From positions 2,387-66,386 of the forward strand of contig CALXMM010000008.1 of the NCBI GenBank assembly GCA_944389475.1: 64,000 nucleotides of DNA, written 5' to 3'. Made by a program: the position numbers and the translations under genes. Numbering within the stretch: the first letter of the stretch is position 1; each line of letters opens with the position of its first letter. This DNA comes from an uncultured Clostridia bacterium (GTDB lineage: Bacteria; Bacillota; Clostridia; TANB77; CAG-508). Below, in pieces: positions 47,418-55,768 of the stretch. The notes beneath the pieces are model-generated. The model did no database searches. It saw nothing but the letters and a program-made list of their open reading frames with translations, and was not told the origin of the DNA.

Positions 47418-49442
47418 TTATATATCAATATAAACTTTTGTTTCTTTTGTTATTTTTATTCCTGGTTTTGGAATTTGGTCTTTTACATATGTTTCACTTT
47501 CATTTATGCTTTCCTCAGAACCTTTAACTTCATTTGTATTTTCTGTTGGTAAATTAAATTCTTCGCCACTATTTATCTCCAATTCCAAACCTAAATCTTT
47601 AAGTACTTTTCTAGCATCTTTTACAGTCATATTTCTTATCTCCGGCATTTCTACTTCTTCTTTTTGAGTTTCCTCACTTTCTTTATCCTGTTTTAAATCC
47701 AAGTATGGTAAAACTTCTCCCAATATTTGACCACCAACTGGTGCTGCCACACCACCACCTTGATGTCCTCCTTCTCCAGTTGGATTATATAAAGTAACTA
47801 AAATTACAACTTTAGGGTCAGAAATTGGAGCAACTCCCATAAATGAAGTTACATATTTATTAGTATTAACTCCATCTTCTGATGTACCTGTTTTTCCACC
47901 AACTAAATATCCTTGAACTTGTGCATTTCTTCCAGTTCCATCTTCTACAACTGATTGCATCATGCTTAAAACACTATTTGCTGTTTCTTGTGAGATAACT
48001 CTATTTCCTTTCTTTACTTCAATTTTCTGTTTTTCTCCTGTACTGGAATCAATTATTTCTTTTACAACTCTTGGTTCCACATATTCTCCACCATTTGCTA
48101 TACTAGAAACTGCAGTTACCATTTGTATTGGAGTAACCTCAAATCTTTGCCCAAAACTTATTGTTGCAAGTTCAACCGGTCCCACCTTATCTTTAGCTAA
48201 AAATATTCCTTTTGCTTCTCCCGGTAAATCTATATTTGTTTTCTTAAAAAATCCAAATTTATCTAAATATTCATAATATTTATCTTTTCCTATTTTTTGT
48301 CCAAGAGCAATAAAAACAGGATTGCAAGAATTCATAAGAGCCTCTCTTAAGCTTTGCCTTCCATGAGGCCTATAATATCTCCAGCATTTTATTCTAACTC
48401 CTGCAATATCTATTCCACCACCACAATTAAATTCTCCTTCATTATCTGTTTTCGTTATTCCTTCCTCCAATGCAGCAGAAGAAGTGATTAATTTAAATAC
48501 AGACCCCGGTTCATATGTATCCGCTATTGCCTTATTCCTCCACTTAGCTTGAAGTTGTTTATTTCTCTCGCTATTATTTAAATTTTCACTATTTTCTAAT
48601 TCATATGGATTATTTAAATCATAATTTGGATATGTAGCCATTGCTAAAATATCCCCATTATTCGGATTCATAATAATTACATTTCCACCATCTGTACATT
48701 TATTATCTATGCAAGCATTTTCAAGATATTTTTCCGCAATGGATTGTATTGTTAAATCTATTGTTAAAACTAAATCCTTTCCCTTCTCTGCTGCCACATA
48801 ATTTTCATCCAGTTGACCAATATCTCCTCCTTTTGCATCCGTTACTTTTTCAATTTTCCCACTCTTACCTTTTAAAATATCATCATATTTTGCTTCTATA
48901 CCATCCAAACCTTGATTATCACTTCCACAAAAACCAATTACTTGTGAGGCTAGAGTACTATATGGATAATATCTTTTTGTATCTTCATCTATATTAATTC
49001 CTGATTCTATATTATTTTCTTTCATCCACTCTCTTAATTCATTAGTTTTATCTTTTTCTACTTTTTTAGCAATAGTTTCTATCGAACTTCTTTTCTTTAC
49101 CTTCTTTAATGTTTCTTCATAATCCAGCCCCAATATATCTGATAAAGCTTTACTCACAAACTCTTTTTTATCATCCGGTATATTAATAGAATTAACCGTA
49201 ACAGTCTCCACAGTACTACTTTGAGCTAAAATATTCTTACCACTTGCATCATAAATAGTACCTCTTTTTGAAGTAATTTTTCTGTTTAAAGTTTGCTGTT
49301 CATATGCCATTTGTTTTAGTTTATTTCCATCTACAAATTGGATAACAGCAAGCCTTACTATTAATAATATAAGTAATAACGAAGATATAATTATAATCCA
49401 TATCATCATTTTCTTATTTTTTATACTACAAACTGTTTGCAT
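47418..49442 (-). CDS. Class B penicillin-binding protein (FtsI/SpoVD-like) with a C-terminal PASTA domain
   Basis: SVFK (SxxK), SCN (SxN), KTGT; PASTA motif MPEIRNMTVKDARKVLKDLGL. Start moved to ATG 49442, which follows AAGAGGTG. Confidence 0.9.
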   Translation of the reverse strand: MQTVCSIKNKKMMIWIIIISSLLLILLIVRLAVIQFVDGNKLKQMAYEQQTLNRKITSKRGTIYDASGKNILAQSSTVETVTVNSINIPDDKKEFVSKALSDILGLDYEETLKKVKKRSSIETIAKKVEKDKTNELREWMKENNIESGINIDEDTKRYYPYSTLASQVIGFCGSDNQGLDGIEAKYDDILKGKSGKIEKVTDAKGGDIGQLDENYVAAEKGKDLVLTIDLTIQSIAEKYLENACIDNKCTDGGNVIIMNPNNGDILAMATYPNYDLNNPYELENSENLNNSERNKQLQAKWRNKAIADTYEPGSVFKLITSSAALEEGITKTDNEGEFNCGGGIDIAGVRIKCWRYYRPHGRQSLREALMNSCNPVFIALGQKIGKDKYYEYLDKFGFFKKTNIDLPGEAKGIFLAKDKVGPVELATISFGQRFEVTPIQMVTAVSSIANGGEYVEPRVVKEIIDSSTGEKQKIEVKKGNRVISQETANSVLSMMQSVVEDGTGRNAQVQGYLVGGKTGTSEDGVNTNKYVTSFMGVAPISDPKVVILVTLYNPTGEGGHQGGGVAAPVGGQILGEVLPYLDLKQDKESEETQKEEVEMPEIRNMTVKDARKVLKDLGLELEINSGEEFNLPTENTNEVKGSEESINESETYVKDQIPKPGIKITKETKVYIDI

Positions 49443-49543
49443 ACTGGCACCTCTTATTAGTATATTTCTATTTACTATTCTATGAGAAAGAGGCTTGTTT
49501 AAATACATTTAAACATAAAAAACTGCCGAATAATTTCAGCAGT

Positions 49544-50386
49544 TTATTTGTTTTTATCCAATATCATATTTAGCATATATGCTAATCCATCCTCATCATT
49601 TGATTTTGTAACATAATTAGCAAACTTCTTAACGTATTCACTTGCATTTCCCATTGCAACCGAATTATCTGTAGCTTTAAACATTGAAATATCATTTTCT
49701 CCATCACCAATAGTTACTACTTCTTGTATAGAATATTCTAATTCTCTCATTAGTTTTTCTACAGCTCTTCCTTTTGAAGCATCTTTATTAATAATATCAC
49801 AATAATAAGATTCTTCATCTGGTAAATCCTCATTTTTTAATTTTTTAGATTCGTTTTCTATTTTTAAATTATTAAAATTTTCATAGAAATATCTTTTAAA
49901 TTCTTTTAGCTTTTCAATATTTTCATTCATAATTACACATTGAACAATTTCTTTATTATTAATGATATTCAATATTTCTTTATCTGTTTTAAAATCTTCT
50001 ACATCTGCTTTAAAAGCTTCAATATCATCTGATGAATTCTTTTTGTTAATAGCTAATTTATCCTCATAATTCAATTTAATTGTAAAATTATTCTTTTTTA
50101 CATAATCGTACAACATTTTTACTTGCTTTTTATCTATAGTATCTGCGTATATTTTTTTATTTTTTTGTATATCATAAATTTCCGCTCCATTTGAAGAAAT
50201 AATATACTCACATACATCTATATCTTCTATAAACTTAAGCATATTTTGTCTTGACCTACCTGATACAAGTATAATCTGCAACCCTTCATCTTTACATCTT
50301 TTTAAGGTTTCACGTGTATAATTCGAAACTTTCCTTTTACTATTTTTTAATGTTCCATCTATATCGGTAAAAACAGCTTTAATCAT
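49544..50386 (-). CDS. Cof-type HAD-IIB phosphatase
   Basis: FTDIDGTL and GDGENDISM. Confidence 0.85.
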   Translation of the reverse strand: MIKAVFTDIDGTLKNSKRKVSNYTRETLKRCKDEGLQIILVSGRSRQNMLKFIEDIDVCEYIISSNGAEIYDIQKNKKIYADTIDKKQVKMLYDYVKKNNFTIKLNYEDKLAINKKNSSDDIEAFKADVEDFKTDKEILNIINNKEIVQCVIMNENIEKLKEFKRYFYENFNNLKIENESKKLKNEDLPDEESYYCDIINKDASKGRAVEKLMRELEYSIQEVVTIGDGENDISMFKATDNSVAMGNASEYVKKFANYVTKSNDEDGLAYMLNMILDKNK

Positions 50387-50490
50387 TTGCACACCCACTT
50401 TTTTTATTTTTAATAAATTTATTATATATTAAGTCCTAAAAAAAATAAACCCATATTTGGATAGAAAAAAGAGGAAATTTAGTTTTAAAA

Positions 50491-51006
50491 CTAATTTCCC
50501 CTTATTTTATCCATTATTTTAGCAATCCAACTTTTTTGTGTATCTGTTTCTGATTTATCAGTTGATGATTGTACATAATCTTTCTTTGGTAAATTTATAT
50601 ATATTTTTTGGTCATTTGTTAATTTTTGCATTCCAAGTTTACTTTTGGCTTCTTCTTCTATTTTGTTTAAATTAACATTGCTTTCTATTGATACTTCCGT
50701 TTGTTGATTTTCTTTTTGCAATGTAGCTAATTCATCTTTTAAAGATTTTACTTTGTTAAAGTCTTCTGTTATTAAAGAGTTTCTATAGCTAATGACTAGT
50801 AGCATAGCAAATACCAAGCCAATATATACAACTACTTTTTTCTTTAATAGTTGCGCAGCTCTTTTTTTATTTGCTTTTTCTTTTGCTTCTCTTTTTATTT
50901 TTTCCCTTAAAGCTTTTTCTTCTTCTTCTTGCCTTCTAGATTTTCTATTTGGTATAAAATCAGGTTCCAATTTTCTAGGGCTTGTTTCGTATTGGTATCT
51001 AGCCAT
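50491..51006 (-). CDS. ftsL: Cell division protein FtsL-like (septum formation initiator)
   Basis: Basic N-terminus, single TM VVVYIGLVFAMLLVI, then a coiled coil. Located directly after rsmH. Confidence 0.75.
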   Translation of the reverse strand: MARYQYETSPRKLEPDFIPNRKSRRQEEEEKALREKIKREAKEKANKKRAAQLLKKKVVVYIGLVFAMLLVISYRNSLITEDFNKVKSLKDELATLQKENQQTEVSIESNVNLNKIEEEAKSKLGMQKLTNDQKIYINLPKKDYVQSSTDKSETDTQKSWIAKIMDKIRGN

Positions 51007-51027
51007 TAGCCTTCACCTCCTCTTTTG

Positions 51028-51957
51028 TTATTTTCTTTCGAAAATTCTTAATTTAGCACTCTTACTTCTAGAATTTTCGTTTTGTTCCTCCTTAGTAGCA
51101 ATAATTGGTTTTTTATTTATAATCTTTCCATATGATACTGCACCACAAACACAATATGGTAAATCCTTTGGGCATGTACATTTACCCTCTGCTTTTACAT
51201 ATGCTTTTTTAACCGCTCTATCTTCCAAAGAATGAAATGTTATTATACATAATCTTCCACCCGGATTTAAACAATTTATACATTTTAACACTGTATCATA
51301 TAAAGGTTTTATTTCATTATTTACTTCTATTCTAATAGCTTGAAATGTTCTCTTAGCAGGATGTCCACTATTTTGTTTAGATTTAGGTATTGAATTTTCT
51401 ATTATTTTAACTAGTTCAGCAGTTGTTTCTATTGGCTTTTTCTTTCTTTCCAAACAAATATTTCTAGCTATATGTCTAGAGAATCTCTCTTCTCCATACT
51501 CATATATAATATTTGCAAGTTTTTCTTCTGAATAATTATTAATCACATCTTTAGCAGTTAAATCCTGAGTTTTATCCATTCTCATATCTAATTCATTATC
51601 TCCTAGATAACTAAATCCTCTATTACGCTCATCTAATTGATATGAAGAAACTCCCAAATCTAACAAAATGCCATCTACACCACTGATATTTAAAGACTTC
51701 ATTATATCATCTATATCATCATGATTTCCATGTATATATTTAACATTTTCATAATCTTTTAAATTGTTTTTTGCTGCCTCTAATGCTTCTAAATCTCTAT
51801 CTATACCTATTAAAAGCCCATTGCTAGACAATCTTTTTAAAATCTCTTTACTGTGTCCCGCTCCACCAAGAGTTCCATCTATATATATTCCATCAGGTTT
51901 TATATTCAAACCCTCTATACATTCATTAAGTAAAACTGGTTTATGTTTAAACTCCAA
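51028..51957 (-). CDS. rsmH: 16S rRNA (cytosine1402-N4)-methyltransferase RsmH
   Basis: HKPVLLNE, GTLGGAGHS, DLGVSSYQLD. Start set to TTG 51957, which follows GGAGGG and 6 nt; the ORF-track extension to 52020 is unconserved. Confidence 0.92.
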   Translation of the reverse strand: MEFKHKPVLLNECIEGLNIKPDGIYIDGTLGGAGHSKEILKRLSSNGLLIGIDRDLEALEAAKNNLKDYENVKYIHGNHDDIDDIMKSLNISGVDGILLDLGVSSYQLDERNRGFSYLGDNELDMRMDKTQDLTAKDVINNYSEEKLANIIYEYGEERFSRHIARNICLERKKKPIETTAELVKIIENSIPKSKQNSGHPAKRTFQAIRIEVNNEIKPLYDTVLKCINCLNPGGRLCIITFHSLEDRAVKKAYVKAEGKCTCPKDLPYCVCGAVSYGKIINKKPIIATKEEQNENSRSKSAKLRIFERK

Positions 51958-52343
51958 TATATACCCTCCATTTATCATTTTTTTGAATAGCACAAACAGT
52001 TGGAAGTCATAGAACTCCAACTGTCTGATAGCTATTCCTCTTTTGTTTCTAACGTTTTCATCATTTGTATTTCATTCCCTTTTTCGTGGTATATATTAGC
52101 TATTTGCATTTGTAACTTTTTTTCTTTTCTTAAGTACATAGATAAATAAAATATAATTAGTTTCTTAAGATTTTATCTTTTGTATATTAAAAATTCTTCT
52201 TATGTATAGCCCTCTTCTTATCAAGTTTTTCTTGACTTTTCTTTAGTAAATATTCACAAAATTTCTTTTGTAATTTACTTTTTTCCTTTGTAACTTTTTT
52301 TATTTGTCTTTTGTGTAAAATTTATATAAACTTTTTTTAAAAG

Positions 52344-52775
52344 TTATATACCTAACATTGTCATATTCTCTGCAATACTATCTGCAGATATATTTTCCTC
52401 ACTGTTGTATTCTTCCCATTTATCTTTGTTCCAAATTTCAATTCTAGTTCCAACACCTATTATAACTACTTCTTTTTCCAATGTTGCAACTTTTCTTAAA
52501 TTACTAGATATTAAAAATCTTCCCTGTTTATCTATTTCGCATTCCATTGCTCCAGATAAGAAAAATCTTACAAAATCTCTAGCATTTTTATTGGTAAGTG
52601 GAAGTGTTTTTAATTTTGCTTCGAAGTTTTCCCATTCTTTTTGTGAGAAACCAAATAAACATCCATCAAGCCCTTTAGTTATTATGAACTTTTCGCCCAT
52701 ATCTTCTCTTAGCTTTGCTGGCATTATTAATCTGCCTTTAGCATCTAAGGAATGTTCATATTGGCCAATTAGCAC
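52344..52775 (-). CDS. mraZ: Transcriptional regulator MraZ
   Basis: Two DxxGR motifs (DAKGRL, DKQGRF). GTG start after GAGAGGTGA. Confidence 0.95.
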   Translation of the reverse strand: MLIGQYEHSLDAKGRLIMPAKLREDMGEKFIITKGLDGCLFGFSQKEWENFEAKLKTLPLTNKNARDFVRFFLSGAMECEIDKQGRFLISSNLRKVATLEKEVVIIGVGTRIEIWNKDKWEEYNSEENISADSIAENMTMLGI

Positions 52776-52797
52776 TTCGTTTCACCTCTCATCATTT

Positions 52798-52827
52798 TGT
52801 ACCACTTTGTACCACTTCTCTCCACCT
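52798..52827 (-). promoter_or_regulatory. Putative MraZ operator: three direct repeats with a 10-bp period (GGTGGagaga AGTGGtacaa AGTGGtacaa)
   Basis: Minus-strand repeats immediately downstream of the Pmra -10 element, the same layout as described MraZ-box arrays. Confidence 0.6.
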
Positions 52828-52833
52828 GGTTAA

Positions 52834-52862
52834 ATTTTAATACAACATTTATTAAATTGCAA
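52834..52862 (-). promoter_or_regulatory. Pmra promoter TTGCAA-17-TAAAAT
   Basis: Minus strand: TTGCAA at 52862-52857 and TAAAAT at 52839-52834. Confidence 0.6.
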
Positions 52863-52884
52863 GCATTTTTTTAAAATTTTTTAA

Positions 52885-52926
52885 TAAAAAAACTTCCTAA
52901 TATGAAATTTATCATATTAAGAAGTT
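52885..52926 (-). terminator. Terminator after the mscS-like gene
   Basis: 15-bp stem aacttcttaatatga/tcatattaggaagtt (one G-U pair on the minus strand only), followed by ttttttt. Confidence 0.8.
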
Positions 52927-52950
52927 TTAAATAATGTTATAATCTATTTT

Positions 52951-54060
52951 TTATTTTATTCTCTTTTGGGTATTTACTTTAATTTTATCAGGATCTTTTA
53001 ATATTACTGTACTTGTTTTTGGGAAAGCTAAATCAATATCCTCTTTTTCTAGTATTTCCAAAATACTTTTATTTATATTTTCTTTACAATTCATATAACT
53101 ATCATAATCAACTGAATTTGTAAAAACATATATCATTATAGAAACACCATCTGACTCTATCTCATCTAGCTTAACATATGTATCTTCATTTATAACATTT
53201 TGATTATTTATAAGCATAAAATATATTTTACTTATAATCCTTTGAAGAACTTCTACAGGAGTATCCAATGGTAATTTTAAATTAAGTTTATATTTTCTTT
53301 TTTCCATTTTGCTCCAATTTATAACAGCTTCATTTGATAATACTCCATTTGGTATATTTACTAAAGAATTATCAAATGTACGAATTCCAGTACTTCTAAA
53401 AGATATATCTTCAACAATTCCCTCATAGCTAGTAGTTTGAATCCAATCCCCTATTGCAAAAGGCTTATCTACCAGAATCATAATTCCACCAAATAAGTTC
53501 TTTGCTGTATCTTGAGCAGCTAAAGTTAAAACAACACTTCCTACTCCAAGACCTGCAAGTATAGCATTCAAATTAATTCCCAATAAAGCAACAATACACA
53601 ATGCTGCAATTATATATATAACCCATCTCGAAATTTTATATATAAAATTTAATCTATTATCATCTGCATTGCTAAAAAATTTTCTTTGTAATCTTCTCAT
53701 TGTTTTAGAATCATTAGAGAAACATCCAGCTAAAGCTTTGGCAAATAAAATTATGCAAATTATTTTAAATACCAATACTATAATTTCCATTGCTCTACCA
53801 GTAATTTGCAAAACTCTTGTTGCTAAAAATACACCAAGTACTATAAAAAATATTTTTAACGGATAGTAAAATTGCATTTTCTTTATTCGCTGTTTATCTG
53901 TCTTTTTCCTTTTAAATATTCTTATTAATATATAAGATAAACCTGAACTAAAAATATAAAAAAATATTATGATTGCAATAGCTATTAAAAAATCAATTAC
54001 TTGTTTTAAATCGATTGATTTAAAATAATTTATTACATTCATTAGTTTATCCATAGACAT
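52951..54060 (-). CDS. Mechanosensitive ion channel, MscS family
   Basis: N-terminal TMs, pore-helix region LGVGSVVLTLAAQDTAKNLFGG, then DKPFAIGDWI beta domain. Confidence 0.85.
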   Translation of the reverse strand: MSMDKLMNVINYFKSIDLKQVIDFLIAIAIIIFFYIFSSGLSYILIRIFKRKKTDKQRIKKMQFYYPLKIFFIVLGVFLATRVLQITGRAMEIIVLVFKIICIILFAKALAGCFSNDSKTMRRLQRKFFSNADDNRLNFIYKISRWVIYIIAALCIVALLGINLNAILAGLGVGSVVLTLAAQDTAKNLFGGIMILVDKPFAIGDWIQTTSYEGIVEDISFRSTGIRTFDNSLVNIPNGVLSNEAVINWSKMEKRKYKLNLKLPLDTPVEVLQRIISKIYFMLINNQNVINEDTYVKLDEIESDGVSIMIYVFTNSVDYDSYMNCKENINKSILEILEKEDIDLAFPKTSTVILKDPDKIKVNTQKRIK

Positions 54061-54077
54061 TTTCTCCCTTGTTTAAA

Positions 54078-55736
54078 TTACAACATTTTTTTAGCATTTT
54101 CGAATCTTTCTTTAATTCTTGCTTTTCCCATAATTTCCATTATTTCATACATATCTGGAGTATTTGCTCTTCCAGTTAATGCTATTCTTAAAACAGTACT
54201 TACATCTCCAACATGTGCCTCATACTTATCTGGATTTGCTTTAAATTCTTTTACCTCACTTGCATATCCAAGTTTTCCAGATAGTTCTTTTATTTTGTTA
54301 AACCATGTTTGTTTATCATCATTTTCATCAAAATAATTATTTATATATTCATCCAATATTATTTTTATTTTATCACTATCTGATATTTTTTGGTATTCAT
54401 ATTTTACATTTTGTCCATAAAATTTTTCATCATACATATATGATATTTCATTTTTAACATCTGACCATTTAGCAATATCTTTACGTGGTTTTTTATTACC
54501 TCTTTCTATACCAAAGATTTTTAAAGCATATTCTTTATCTTCCTTTAACATATTTGCTAATTCTTCATCATATTTTTCAGCCCATTTTAAAGATTCATCA
54601 TATACTTTTTCCGCTGTAAATCTTGATATAACTGATTTTGAAACATCAAGTAATTTTACCATATCAAAAAGAGCTCCACTTACACTCATTTTATTTAATT
54701 GTAATTCAAATTTATTCATATCCTCTGTTGGATTTTGTCTTCTCCAATTTTCAAAATTTGAATTTGCAATATTTAATAAGTATTCTTTTACTGCTTCTCC
54801 TGGTATTCCTTGTTCTGCATAATAGCTTACTGCTGCCTCTGGATCTTTTCTTTTACTTAATTTTCTTTTATTGCCATTATCATTTTTCATAATAGGAGAA
54901 ATATGTACATATTTTGGTGCTTTAAATCCAATTTCTTGGAATAATTGTAAATGCAAAGGAACGGATGACAACCATTCATCACTTCTTATTACATGGGTTG
55001 TTCCCATTAAATGGTCATCTACAACATGTGCAAAATGATATGTTGGAAGTCCATCTGCTTTAATTATTACAATATCTTGGTCGTTTTCAGGAAATGTTAC
55101 ATTTCCTTTTACTACATCATGATGTTTTATTTTTCTATCTTCTCTACCTTGTGATTTAAATCTAATTATATATTTTTCTCCAGCTTTTATTTTTTCAGCC
55201 ATTTCTTCCACTGTTAGCTTTCTACATTTTGCCCAAACGCCATAATATCCAGTTCTTACTTTTGCAGCTTCTTGTTTCTTTCTTGTTTCATCAAGTTCTT
55301 CGGTTGTACAGAAACAAGGATATGCTTTTCCCATTTCTATCATATATTTAGCATATGACCTATATATCTCACCTCTTAGAGATTGTTTATATGGACCATA
55401 ATTTCCTTTTTCTTCTGTTTCACTTATCATTCCTTCATCTGGCTCAATTCCAAAACTTTTTAAAGAATTTACTATATCTGTAATTCCATTTTCTATTTCT
55501 CTTTTTTGGTCAGTATCCTCTATTCTTAAGAAAAATACACCATCAGTTTGAGAAGCAACCTTTCTTGCTATTAAAGCTTGATACAATCCACCAATATGCA
55601 CAAAACCTGTTGGACTTGGTGCAAATCTTGTTACAATTGCTCCCTCTTTTAAATTTCTTCTTGGATATTTTTCCTCATAGTATTCTATTGGTTTTACATC
55701 AGGAAATATTAAATTTGCTAAATCTTTATAGTCCAT
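54078..55736 (-). CDS. gltX: Glutamate--tRNA ligase (long form)
   Basis: FAPSPTGFVHIGG (HIGH-type) and KLSKRK (KMSKS-type). Confidence 0.85.
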   Translation of the reverse strand: MDYKDLANLIFPDVKPIEYYEEKYPRRNLKEGAIVTRFAPSPTGFVHIGGLYQALIARKVASQTDGVFFLRIEDTDQKREIENGITDIVNSLKSFGIEPDEGMISETEEKGNYGPYKQSLRGEIYRSYAKYMIEMGKAYPCFCTTEELDETRKKQEAAKVRTGYYGVWAKCRKLTVEEMAEKIKAGEKYIIRFKSQGREDRKIKHHDVVKGNVTFPENDQDIVIIKADGLPTYHFAHVVDDHLMGTTHVIRSDEWLSSVPLHLQLFQEIGFKAPKYVHISPIMKNDNGNKRKLSKRKDPEAAVSYYAEQGIPGEAVKEYLLNIANSNFENWRRQNPTEDMNKFELQLNKMSVSGALFDMVKLLDVSKSVISRFTAEKVYDESLKWAEKYDEELANMLKEDKEYALKIFGIERGNKKPRKDIAKWSDVKNEISYMYDEKFYGQNVKYEYQKISDSDKIKIILDEYINNYFDENDDKQTWFNKIKELSGKLGYASEVKEFKANPDKYEAHVGDVSTVLRIALTGRANTPDMYEIMEIMGKARIKERFENAKKML

Positions 55737-55768
55737 ATTATTTATCTCTCCTTTAAAATATTCTATTT

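Noticed and set aside
52040-52150. 35-codon ORF in the mraZ-rsmH spacer as a small protein gene
   Set aside because: No Shine-Dalgarno before any of its three in-frame ATGs. The similarity to a second, start-less reading frame upstream comes from a DNA repeat rather than a protein repeat.
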